Of a DNA stretch of 64,000 nucleotides, positions 49,195 through 57,741 are shown in pieces. The translations under genes and the position numbers were made by a program. The notes under the pieces were generated by a model. It ran no database searches, had not been told where the DNA came from, and was given only the letters and a program-made list of their open reading frames with translations. Source of the stretch: a virus; the IMG/VR virus record IMGVR_UViG_3300006793_000013; one strand, written 5' to 3'. The stretch's first letter is position 1, and each line of letters opens with the position of its first letter.

Positions 49195-51864
49195 TTAATC
49201 AAAATCAAACAATTTGTTAAAGTTGTTATCACTTCTTGTAGAGCTGATATCCCACTCTAACACACCAATAAGGTTACCTAGCTTTTCATCAATTACTGAA
49301 TTTTCCATTTCAGCATCGTTGAAAGGCAGTTTTTTAAACCATTCTGGCAAACGTAATTCATCTACAGGATACGCAACACTAGTGAATCCCATAGGGTTAT
49401 CTTTAACTTTACAAACAATTACTTTCGCACCATCTGTAATAGTTATGGAATATTTGTCATCTTCCATACGCTTTAAGGTATTCCAATTAATACTTGCACG
49501 AACATGTCCAGGCATATTTGCTTTACCTTGTTTCTTTTCTTTGTTGCCGTACTCAGTAATCTTGTTTGCACGTTTCGGACTACCTTTCTCCCAACCAGGT
49601 CTTGTTTTAAATTCAGTTCTAAATTCTGTAATGTAATCTAGTACGTCTTGTTGTTCTTTACCTGCTAGTACCATTTCTAATACATTACTCAAAAAGTCTT
49701 GAATAACAACAGGAGTATCAGAACGTTTCAAGTCTAAACCCATTGCTTTGATCTTACCTGGCTTTCCTTCAGTATCTACACGCTTACCTTCTACGTCATA
49801 GTACAGAACTGCATATCTTTTCTTTGTAATAAACAGACCTTTACTTGCAACAATCTCTCTTGCTGCCGCAATAACATCTGATCTGCTTTTAGGACAATGG
49901 AAAGTTTCAGCCATAAACTTAGGAAACGTAGTATTTGCTTCATCGCAGATTTGATCATACAATGCCATAACACTATCTTTATCCCAAGGAATGTTTCCTT
50001 TATCAATCTCTTCTTTTAACGTACTGTATGCACTAAAGTAAGATGAATCAGTATCACCATACACAATTGACTTACCTGTATGGTTGTACTCGCCTGTAAT
50101 AATCTCATTAACCTTTGCACTCATATGCTTAACAATCTGTCTACCTGTAAGTGTAGTTGACTGTCCAATACGGTTATCAAAGAATCTACAACCTGGATTA
50201 AGAATAGCACCATACAAACTGTTAAGTAGAATCTTTTTAACAAGTTGTCTTTTTGCCCAGTACTCTTCTTCGATAGGATTCTTTGCTTTGATTGCATCAC
50301 GCATCTTTGCCTGCATTTCTTTACGTTCTTTATACCAACGTTTTAGCAGTCCAGGAATAACACCTTCTTTTTCATATGTAAAGATGGTACCATTAGCACT
50401 TAGCATCCAAGGCTGATTGCTTTCAAAGATTAAATCATATACTTGTGCCGCACTAATTGTATCGCTTTTGTCGCTGTCTTCCCAGTCGATAGTAATCTGC
50501 CTACCTACTTCACGTTCCATAACAGAGTCAAACTCAACAGAACCAAATTGTCCTTCCCAAGCATTTGCAAAACTTTTACCTTTTGCCATTTCGCCTTCAA
50601 TACGTGCTTTTGTTCCGTCTTGTCTTAGTTGTCCTACAATTGTTTCAGGACCCATATTCAAAGCTCTAATAACAGATGGATACAGTGAATTCAAGTCAAC
50701 ACTACCAATCCATTCATGAATACCTTTCTTAGGATATGCAACATAAGCACCTGCCGCAGGCTCACTACCTGGTTCACGTCTTACTCTGTTAGGAACAATA
50801 AACCCACGTCTGTGTGCTTCGTTAATAATACCTTGTTCTGTAACAGCAACAGCACCCATAGTAGTTTGAATAAGAACTGTATTCTCATGTGCAACAGTAT
50901 TAGCAAGATCAATAAATTTAAGTTTCTTATCTAGTTTGTCAAGTAGTGCAGTATCTTGAATGTTATATTCAATAAATGTTCTAAAGTCGTTGTTGTAAAG
51001 TGAATCAAGAGAACCTTCATAAACTGTTTTTGTTTCGCCAACTTCTAGTTCGCCAATAGCATCAAGTCGATATGTATGACGTTCTTCGTAGTTATATTTT
51101 CTATAAAGTTCTAGTGAGTCAACATGCACTCTACCAATTAAATCATATGTAACAGATGTTTTACCAAACTTTTCATACTCACGTTTTTTAGGATACTGAT
51201 TCCAAAGACATAATCTTTTTGTATCTTCTTTGCTTAACGTTTTTGTAATTCTATTAACTGTGTACGGAATATCAAATCCTTCGCTGTTCCAGCCACTTAG
51301 TACATCAGCATCTTGTATAAGATCTAAAAATGCATCTAGCATTTCGCTTTCTTTTTCAAACAGCACAACATTGTCAATGCCTTCAATAGTTTTCTTTGCT
51401 TCTTCCATTGAAAGTGTCTTAGGCGGAATAGCAAGACATACCATTGTTTCCATCCACTGCATGTATACAGCAATTGAAGTAATAGGCATAAAAGCATCTT
51501 CAGGAGATGCATAACCTCGCTCAGGATCAAAGTCAACCTCAATATCAAAAAAAGCAACGTTTAGTTTAGGTGCGTCTTGATTGAGATAGTTGTCCTCAAG
51601 CATTCTATAAATTGGATTGATGTCGCTCTCATAAAGTTTTTTGTTGCTGTGAATAGCAAGTTCTTTACGAAGTTCTTTGATGTTTTTACAAGTTACCCTT
51701 GATAATGGTTTGCCATAGATGGATTTATATTTTCCTCTAGGATCCTCGTAATAAAAAATATGTCTGGGATTGTATTCTCGATAATGACGTTTGCCTTTAT
51801 CGTCACGTTCAACAACGTTGATGGTGTCTTGCCCTCTATCATAGAAAGCGTCTACGTAACTCAT
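49195..51864 (-). CDS. polB: Family B DNA polymerase (T4 gp43-like)
   Basis: Exo motifs FDIEVD, GWNSEGFDIPY, YNIQD; polymerase motifs SVDLNSLYPS, KILLNSLYG, YGDTDS; no intein. Confidence 0.97.
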   Translation of the reverse strand: MSYVDAFYDRGQDTINVVERDDKGKRHYREYNPRHIFYYEDPRGKYKSIYGKPLSRVTCKNIKELRKELAIHSNKKLYESDINPIYRMLEDNYLNQDAPKLNVAFFDIEVDFDPERGYASPEDAFMPITSIAVYMQWMETMVCLAIPPKTLSMEEAKKTIEGIDNVVLFEKESEMLDAFLDLIQDADVLSGWNSEGFDIPYTVNRITKTLSKEDTKRLCLWNQYPKKREYEKFGKTSVTYDLIGRVHVDSLELYRKYNYEERHTYRLDAIGELEVGETKTVYEGSLDSLYNNDFRTFIEYNIQDTALLDKLDKKLKFIDLANTVAHENTVLIQTTMGAVAVTEQGIINEAHRRGFIVPNRVRREPGSEPAAGAYVAYPKKGIHEWIGSVDLNSLYPSVIRALNMGPETIVGQLRQDGTKARIEGEMAKGKSFANAWEGQFGSVEFDSVMEREVGRQITIDWEDSDKSDTISAAQVYDLIFESNQPWMLSANGTIFTYEKEGVIPGLLKRWYKERKEMQAKMRDAIKAKNPIEEEYWAKRQLVKKILLNSLYGAILNPGCRFFDNRIGQSTTLTGRQIVKHMSAKVNEIITGEYNHTGKSIVYGDTDSSYFSAYSTLKEEIDKGNIPWDKDSVMALYDQICDEANTTFPKFMAETFHCPKSRSDVIAAAREIVASKGLFITKKRYAVLYYDVEGKRVDTEGKPGKIKAMGLDLKRSDTPVVIQDFLSNVLEMVLAGKEQQDVLDYITEFRTEFKTRPGWEKGSPKRANKITEYGNKEKKQGKANMPGHVRASINWNTLKRMEDDKYSITITDGAKVIVCKVKDNPMGFTSVAYPVDELRLPEWFKKLPFNDAEMENSVIDEKLGNLIGVLEWDISSTRSDNNFNKLFDFD

Positions 51865-51877
51865 GTTTTCTCCTGTA

Positions 51878-51923
51878 TGTCACTTCTGGCTGACAAGTAC
51901 CTAATAAGCAGTTTGTGGCCTGC
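51878..51923 (-). promoter_or_regulatory. Twin-hairpin leader upstream of polB RBS
   Basis: GCAG-GCCACAAA-CTGC (51908-23) and TGTCA-GCCAGAAG-TGACA (51878-95), then SD AGGAG. Confidence 0.6.
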
Positions 51924-51956
51924 GATTACCTTCTTCATTAATACTTATCTTTCTAC

Positions 51957-52181
51957 TTACAGTGTGTATAGTAAACCGGCTACACCAACTAATGCTAATG
52001 TAAGGTTAGTTACAATTAGTGCAGGTTCGTTCCACATACAACTTACGATTAACCAAATGAAACTACCAAGTACTAATACAACAGGCCCTGCAGGATAAAA
52101 TCCTAAAGCATTAATGCCTGTGCCAAGTATTAGAATAACCGTGGCAGTCCATTTTAAAAATATATCTGATTTTAATATCAT
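51957..52181 (-). CDS. Small three-TM membrane protein (PnuC/SemiSWEET-half-like)
   Basis: Three hydrophobic helices with YP kink. Confidence 0.55.
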   Translation of the reverse strand: MILKSDIFLKWTATVILILGTGINALGFYPAGPVVLVLGSFIWLIVSCMWNEPALIVTNLTLALVGVAGLLYTL

Positions 52182-52187
52182 ACATGT

Positions 52188-52216
52188 ATTATACGATATT
52201 TTTAGGTTAATGTCAA
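52188..52216 (-). promoter_or_regulatory. Sigma70-type promoter TTGACA-N17-TATAAT
   Basis: -35 at 52211-16, -10 at 52188-93; ATG 52181 follows after 6 nt. Confidence 0.85.
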
Positions 52217-52219
52217 GTA

Positions 52220-52501
52220 CTAAATTATATTAAGTGCAACAAGAAAGCCAAAAACGTTTATACATGCAAAGTACCCTGTTAGTAGCATAACCCAAGCAGC
52301 ACCACGTCTTACTGATGCGTAGCACTGTGTTACACTACCTACAAAGAAAAATGGATATATAATAACCATATTTGGATCTTGTGCATTAAAAGCAAGTGTT
52401 AGACTTGCTATTACTGTAAAGATAAAACTAACTAGCTCAAAACCAAATGCTGTGGTGTCAGACTTATAACTGTCTATCCAAAAGTGTTTTATCTTTTCCA
52501 A
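52220..52501 (-). CDS. Small three-TM membrane protein (PnuC/SemiSWEET-half-like)
   Basis: Three hydrophobic helices with IYPFFFVG. Confidence 0.55.
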   Translation of the reverse strand: MEKIKHFWIDSYKSDTTAFGFELVSFIFTVIASLTLAFNAQDPNMVIIYPFFFVGSVTQCYASVRRGAAWVMLLTGYFACINVFGFLVALNII

Positions 52502-52780
52502 TTATTCACTCTCAGTATTACCGGACGGTAAATTATTTGTGATTCCAAGAATGCCTTCGATGTCTTCCCACTCTTCTAAGTGTTTAGCCCAATCGTCTTT
52601 GTGAGCAATTTTAATTGCTTTATTAATTACTGATGGTTTGATCTGTAGTTCTTCTGCTACTGCTTTTACAGTATCCTTAAGACCTTCATTAAGATCCTCT
52701 ACTTCACGTAGAACATTTGAACCTTCTTTGATCAATCTCTCTAGTTTAGCCTTTTCTTCTGGCCCGTACATTTTTGACAT
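52502..52780 (-). CDS. dsbA: T4 DsbA-like double-stranded DNA-binding protein
   Basis: L..LIKEGS......NE.LKD......EL......NK.....HKD pattern matches T4 DsbA (not the disulfide oxidoreductase). Confidence 0.7.
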   Translation of the reverse strand: MSKMYGPEEKAKLERLIKEGSNVLREVEDLNEGLKDTVKAVAEELQIKPSVINKAIKIAHKDDWAKHLEEWEDIEGILGITNNLPSGNTESE

Positions 52781-52805
52781 AAATTATTCTCCTGGTTGAA
52801 GTACT

Positions 52806-52834
52806 ATTATATAGTCATAAAAAAAGCCAGTCAA
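52806..52834 (-). promoter_or_regulatory. Sigma70-type promoter TTGACT-N17-TATAAT
   Basis: -35 at 52829-34, -10 at 52806-11. Confidence 0.8.
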
Positions 52835-52850
52835 GTTAATAACTGGCTTT
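52819..52850 (-). terminator. Rho-independent terminator ending the late block
   Basis: Minus strand AAAGCCAGT-N10-ACTGGCTTT with T7 run. Confidence 0.7.
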
Positions 52851-52877
52851 AGTTTAATTTTGGTTAATTCTTTTTAC

Positions 52878-53003
52878 TTATTTTGCATTACAATCACAAT
52901 GCTTACAAGTCGGTTTGCAATTACAGTCTGCTGCTTTTACATCTGCACCGCAACACTCATCTGAGCAATAGCCTGCTTTTGCTTCACTCAGTCCTTTTTT
53001 TTT
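52878..53003 (-). other. Slippery A9/A_AAA_AAG site and -1-frame Cys-rich extension (38 aa, 8 Cys)
   Basis: TCA AAA AAA AAG GAC TGA; -1 frame reads GLSEAKAGYCSDECCGADVKAADCNCKPTCKHCDCNAK-stop. Confidence 0.6.
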
Positions 53004-54406
53004 GACTCAGTAAGTCCGTCTTCGTCCATAACGTCATACATTTCAAAACGTCCACCGTTACGCTCGTAAATCAATCCTGCAAAAATTTCTGCTTTGTTTG
53101 ACTCTTCAACTTTTGAAGTAGCAACTCTTTGAGCCCAGTTCCAAAGTGTTTCGTCAACTGGATCAATTTGCTGTTGTCCACCGCTTTCTTTTACAAGTTT
53201 TAGCATTTCAACAAATGACATGTTTGAAGGATCTTTAATAACTTCAACTGACTCGTTAACTGATTCTTTCATGTCTTTTTTGCAATCGTCGATCATGTCT
53301 TTTAATTTCTTTTGATCACAGTCTGGATGCATTTTGCAAATTTCTGCTTTAGACTTACCGTCTTTACACATTTTCTTTATGTGTGCTTTGGATGGCATCT
53401 TGCCGTCTTTTGCTTCGTTAACTGACTCGTTAGTTTTCTTTGCTTTAACTTCAGACATACATGCTTCGCACATCTCTTTTAATTTCTTTTGATCACAGTT
53501 TGGATACTTCTTGCAAATTTCATTTACTTTCATACCTTTGCTGCACATCATTAAAATGTCTTTCTTCTTAGGCATTTTTTCTGCTGTAATTACGTCTGCT
53601 GCTTCTTCAACTGACTCTTTCTTTTTGCCGAAGAATTTCTTTTGCTTATCTGACATTTCTTTTTTGCCTGACTTCTTGCCGCCTTTAGCATCTTTAGCAG
53701 CTTTCTTCATTGGCTCTTTCTTGTTACCGTCTTTGTCTAAGTCTAAAAAGTCTGGCTTACCTGCTTCAGCAACCATGTCATCGAACTTAGCTCTAAATGA
53801 CTCTTCTTTCTTTTTAGATGATTGGAACTCTTTAGATACTTTAACGTACTCATCGCCTTTCAAACCTTCAACATCTTTGTTGTGAGTTTTCTTAAGCCAT
53901 GCTGCAAATTCTGTATCTTTGTCTTTTTCGGATAGCTCTTCGTTTACAGTTTTTGCAACTTCGTCATCTGATTCTTTTACTTCTTTGGACTTAGAATCTT
54001 TTTCAACTTTAGCATCTTCTTTGGCTTTTTTCTTTTTAGGTTTAGCAGCACCGTGTTCTTCTAGTGTAACAATTTCCATGTCTGCTGCTGGAACTTTCTT
54101 TTCTACACCGTGTTTAAATTGTACATCGTACCACTCAACATTACCGTAGTCATCTGGAATAGCATGACTTTCGTAAACTGGTTTACCTTTACCATATAAT
54201 GGATGGTTAACAGTTGTTGCACAATCGTGGTCTTTTGAATGGCAAAGTTCTCTAACTTCGTCATCTGTATAACCTTCAAATACAACTGCTTGTGGTTTAT
54301 AATCAACGTTAGCGGCTCTTGCTATACTTTCTAGCGTACCGTCAAATGTGTTTTCGTTTTTTGCTTCCTCTCTTGGAAGTTTGTTTAATAAATTTCTAAA
54401 GTCCAT
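52988..54406 (-). CDS. Charged modular protein, probable capsid-internal/prohead-core type
   Basis: K/E-rich; repeated ESVNE/ESVE; two Cys-rich repeats KMP..K....MC..G....EICK..P.CDQKKLK.M; DLDKDGN motif. Confidence 0.6.
   Translation of the reverse strand: MDFRNLLNKLPREEAKNENTFDGTLESIARAANVDYKPQAVVFEGYTDDEVRELCHSKDHDCATTVNHPLYGKGKPVYESHAIPDDYGNVEWYDVQFKHGVEKKVPAADMEIVTLEEHGAAKPKKKKAKEDAKVEKDSKSKEVKESDDEVAKTVNEELSEKDKDTEFAAWLKKTHNKDVEGLKGDEYVKVSKEFQSSKKKEESFRAKFDDMVAEAGKPDFLDLDKDGNKKEPMKKAAKDAKGGKKSGKKEMSDKQKKFFGKKKESVEEAADVITAEKMPKKKDILMMCSKGMKVNEICKKYPNCDQKKLKEMCEACMSEVKAKKTNESVNEAKDGKMPSKAHIKKMCKDGKSKAEICKMHPDCDQKKLKDMIDDCKKDMKESVNESVEVIKDPSNMSFVEMLKLVKESGGQQQIDPVDETLWNWAQRVATSKVEESNKAEIFAGLIYERNGGRFEMYDVMDEDGLTESKKKD
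53260..53579 (-). repeat. Two ~45 aa Cys-rich coding repeats
   Basis: KMPKKKDILMMCSKG..EICKKYPNCDQKKLKEM and KMPSKAHIKKMCKDG..EICKMHPDCDQKKLKDM; boundaries approximate. Confidence 0.75.
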
Positions 54407-54410
54407 GATG

Positions 54411-54701
54411 CTATCCTTTTAAGAGCTCCCACTCTGTTGTTAGTTTATCTCGAATACTTTCGCAAGTCCCAGCTTCGTATTCTCGTTCTCCTTTATTCAT
54501 AGCATTATCTGCCTGAATCTCATACTCCATTCTTTCACGAACAGAATCTAAGTAATCGTTAGATAGAGTAATATAACTGCTAATCCAACCTTGTAATTCG
54601 TCGCCTGGCTCAATCATTTTATATAGCGCAATAGCGTTCTTAGCAACGTTTGCTAATTCTGCTTTTGCCATTGTGGCTTCATGATCGGGCTTCTTTTCCA
54701 T
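54411..54701 (-). CDS. Hypothetical late protein
   Basis: DHEATMAKAEL helical domain; TAAATA-N5-ATG at 54707-12. Confidence 0.7.
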   Translation of the reverse strand: MEKKPDHEATMAKAELANVAKNAIALYKMIEPGDELQGWISSYITLSNDYLDSVRERMEYEIQADNAMNKGEREYEAGTCESIRDKLTTEWELLKG

Positions 54702-54709
54702 ACTAATAT

Positions 54710-55000
54710 TTATCTTTTGAGCGCAGCGCCGCCACCAAAAATGTTTCCTTTCATGTCTAGTGCATTTACTGCTGTGCCGTCTTTTTTCTTCTTCTGCACA
54801 GTTTTAGGCGGTTTAGGCGCACTTGTACCGCTTTTTCCTGGAGAACCTGTATAACTTTTATTACCAATTGAGCCTTTTCCTATAGCAAGTTGTGGACTTA
54901 CAACTGTTGCTATATTGCCAGAAGCTGTAGCACCTGCTGTAGCAGATTCCATTCTCTTTTTATTTTGCTCAATGGCATTGAATAATTCATTAAGTTTCAT
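54710..55000 (-). CDS. Hypothetical late protein
   Basis: MKLNELF N-terminus; G/K/P-rich tail; TAAATA-N5-ATG at 55006-11. Confidence 0.7.
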   Translation of the reverse strand: MKLNELFNAIEQNKKRMESATAGATASGNIATVVSPQLAIGKGSIGNKSYTGSPGKSGTSAPKPPKTVQKKKKDGTAVNALDMKGNIFGGGAALKR

Positions 55001-55004
55001 ATTA

Positions 55005-56099
55005 CTATTTACCCTTTTTACGACCTGATTTCATATTAGCACACCAGTGATACATTCTACCTTTTTCACCACCTGCATTCTTTGCTTTTTTACGTAGGCT
55101 TGTAACTGATCCGTTACAACTAGCACCAGACTTCTTTACTCGTCCTGGTCTGCTTTTGCCTTTCTTTTTACCGTCAGCAAAGTTTTCAACTACTGCATTT
55201 ACAGTTAAAAACAATTTAGCAACGTTTACATTAGTTTCACCTAGCATTTGTAATGCAGCATATCTATGATGTCCGTTGATAATTTTGTTATTGCAATCTA
55301 CAATAATAGGAGCATATGAACCTTCTGAAATTTTATCTATTTGCTTTTTAAAATTTTCAAGAACAAATTCATTTTGTACTGGAATAATGTCACCTATCTC
55401 TACTGTCTCTACAGTATGTCTAATATGTTCTAGGTGCTTATTTTTAATTTGGGGTAAATCTTCTCTTTCGTAATTTTCTTCTTTTGTTGCTTCAATTTTT
55501 GCAACTTCAAGTCCAAGATTGTTAAACAAGTTTTTTAAGCCTGAAACACTTTTTAGTGCCTGTAGCATTAGTTGCTGTTCGTCTTCTGCACGTCTATCAT
55601 AAAACTGTATAAACTTTTTAGCATTTTCTGGAGTAATGTATACCATGCCGCCTGAACTTGCACCGCCTGTATCTTTATAACTTAACGGAAAAGGATTATT
55701 ATCTTTTCTCATTGCTATGTTATTAATAACATCAATTTTAGGACGTTGCTGTTTTACAACAAGTTCTTGTACACTGTCTTCTTTAGTTTTTTTCTTTTTG
55801 TTTTTAGGAAACAGTTTCTTAACATTCATATACTCTCCGCCAACTGGAACGTCTGCGGTAGCATTTTGTTTTGTTACGATACCAACACCTGCTGCTTCTT
55901 CAGATGTTTTCTTTGTAGGCAATCCTTTATGCTTTGTTTTAGCAAAGTCCTTTACATCAGAAACTTTCATATCTTTAGCAACTTCACCGGCTTCGCCGCC
56001 TTTTTTCATGTCGCCCTTTTGCATAGCTCTTACTATACCAAAGAACTGCTGTTGCTTTTTGCTTACTGCTTTTTCAGATACAAATTCAAATGATCTCAT
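55005..56099 (-). CDS. Mosaic protein with ParB/Sulfiredoxin-like domain
   Basis: APIIVDCNNKIINGHHRYAALQMLG; flanked by short basic modules. Confidence 0.65.
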   Translation of the reverse strand: MRSFEFVSEKAVSKKQQQFFGIVRAMQKGDMKKGGEAGEVAKDMKVSDVKDFAKTKHKGLPTKKTSEEAAGVGIVTKQNATADVPVGGEYMNVKKLFPKNKKKKTKEDSVQELVVKQQRPKIDVINNIAMRKDNNPFPLSYKDTGGASSGGMVYITPENAKKFIQFYDRRAEDEQQLMLQALKSVSGLKNLFNNLGLEVAKIEATKEENYEREDLPQIKNKHLEHIRHTVETVEIGDIIPVQNEFVLENFKKQIDKISEGSYAPIIVDCNNKIINGHHRYAALQMLGETNVNVAKLFLTVNAVVENFADGKKKGKSRPGRVKKSGASCNGSVTSLRKKAKNAGGEKGRMYHWCANMKSGRKKGK

Positions 56100-56296
56100 A
56101 TCGGTTTCTCACCTGTGAACTTAGGTAATGAAAACCATAACTTAAACCATTCAGGGGTGCCTGGTTCAATCTTATGCTTCTTCATTAGTTCTCCCTTTTC
56201 ATTACCACTAATACTAATATTGCTGCCTTCCCAAGGTGTGTAACCTTTGAATTCATTTATACCGGCAAGTCTAACAATATCGTCTAATTCAGACAT
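56096..56296 (-). CDS. Small hypothetical protein
   Basis: 66 aa; PGTPEWFKLWF; coupled at both ends. Confidence 0.65.
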   Translation of the reverse strand: MSELDDIVRLAGINEFKGYTPWEGSNISISGNEKGELMKKHKIEPGTPEWFKLWFSLPKFTGEKPI

Positions 56297-56802
56297 TACA
56301 TCTTAACGCAGTTGTCTACTGTTTTGCCACCCTTCTTCTTGGTGCCCATTCTTTTATATCCTTTCCAACATACTTTGCCGTCAACGCCTTTTTGCTTTTC
56401 TTCGTTGATGCTTTCGTACTGTTGTTGAATATGCTCTGGCATTGCTGTGAATCTTGGCTTAGCACATTCTGGACAAAATGATTCTTCTTCCTCGTGTCCT
56501 GGTTTATCCATGTCTGGATTATCAGGTGGATTTTTAACTTTGTCTAAAACGTCCTTTTGACTTTCTGCCCACTTCATTAATTTCATAATTTTTTCTTGTG
56601 GCAGTTTACAACGTTTAACTAGTTCTTCAATATTTCTTGCTCCGCCTGGCGCACCATAGCGTGTTAGTTCGTCACCTACTCTTGAAAGCACTAATGATAA
56701 TGCATCGTCTTTAGTAGTGACAGCCTTGTCCATAAGAACTCTGCCGATACGAGATAGCTTCGCTCCATGTGGATGATCATATGCTGATTCTTTATTCATC
56801 AT
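56296..56802 (-). CDS. Hypothetical protein with C-terminal CWKGY..NCV module
   Basis: Start re-assigned to MMNKE overlapping upstream stop. Confidence 0.65.
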   Translation of the reverse strand: MMNKESAYDHPHGAKLSRIGRVLMDKAVTTKDDALSLVLSRVGDELTRYGAPGGARNIEELVKRCKLPQEKIMKLMKWAESQKDVLDKVKNPPDNPDMDKPGHEEEESFCPECAKPRFTAMPEHIQQQYESINEEKQKGVDGKVCWKGYKRMGTKKKGGKTVDNCVKM

Positions 56803-57412
56803 TTTCCCCTGTGTTATCATTGATCCCCATACCTTTTCTAACCGCAGCGTATAATTCATCTGCATGTTCTCCTGCACCGGTATGTTGTGCAAATTTGTTT
56901 ATGTCTCCGTTAGCAGCATCGGCTCTTGCCATTGTTCCACTAATACCTTCTACGCCATCTGAACCATCTTCACGTTGTCCGCTAGATTCAAAATTCATTG
57001 TTTCAAATTTATAGTAACCGTGTCCTTTTCCTTCGACACCGTTATAATCTTTTATAAGTTTAGACATCATCTCAAGACGATCACTTCCTGCAACAAATGT
57101 TATATGATTGTAACCTCTTTCATGTAATGAAGTACAAATTTTAGGTAGTGTATTCAAGTCTGTGTTTTCTACAACGTTGTTTGCAAAGTCAGGATGTACT
57201 TTTCTAATAAAGTCTACTTTGGTTGAATAGTCTAAAGGATTCTTTTTTGCGTCTTGTGTTTGGCTAGTATATATTTCTAATTCGCCACCAGCTTTCTTCA
57301 TTGACTTAAAAACTTCTTTATGTCCAAGTGTAGGTGGATTGAATCTGCCAAAGCAAAAAGTCATATGCTTATCGGCATCATCTTCAGTTAAAAATATTTC
57401 ATTAATTCTCAT
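56792..57412 (-). CDS. HIGH-superfamily nucleotidyltransferase (cytidylyltransferase/NMNAT-like)
   Basis: FGRFNPPTLGH, KNPL, FVAGSDR, ISGTMAR. Confidence 0.8.
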   Translation of the reverse strand: MRINEIFLTEDDADKHMTFCFGRFNPPTLGHKEVFKSMKKAGGELEIYTSQTQDAKKNPLDYSTKVDFIRKVHPDFANNVVENTDLNTLPKICTSLHERGYNHITFVAGSDRLEMMSKLIKDYNGVEGKGHGYYKFETMNFESSGQREDGSDGVEGISGTMARADAANGDINKFAQHTGAGEHADELYAAVRKGMGINDNTGENDE

Positions 57413-57740
57413 AGTCGCCGTTCTCTAAATGCATCTCTTGCTCTTTAGCAATTTGTCTTGCTAATGAAATCATGTTTTCTCTAGAAAACTTTTCTTCTGG
57501 TTTATCGACACCAAATTTGTTGCAATACATATCACAACATTTTTCCACAGGCTTTATATAAATTTTATAAGCATTTGGATGTCCTCTGTATTTTTCATGT
57601 TTCTTAATTGCTGGAAACATTACAGTAGACATAACTTCATTGTCATTGTCCATAAACACTTTCAAATCGTCGTGCCAGTTAATATCATCTTCTTTATCAT
57701 TAGGGGCACCGATAGGAGAGAAAAGTTCTTTTAATAACAT
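57402..57740 (-). CDS. Hypothetical protein
   Basis: Start MLLKELF just after upstream stop. Confidence 0.65.
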   Translation of the reverse strand: MLLKELFSPIGAPNDKEDDINWHDDLKVFMDNDNEVMSTVMFPAIKKHEKYRGHPNAYKIYIKPVEKCCDMYCNKFGVDKPEEKFSRENMISLARQIAKEQEMHLENGDYEN

Positions 57741-57741
57741 A

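Noticed and set aside
49195-51864. Intein or intron in DNA polymerase
   Set aside because: 889 aa is a normal length with contiguous motifs and no splicing or homing-endonuclease signature
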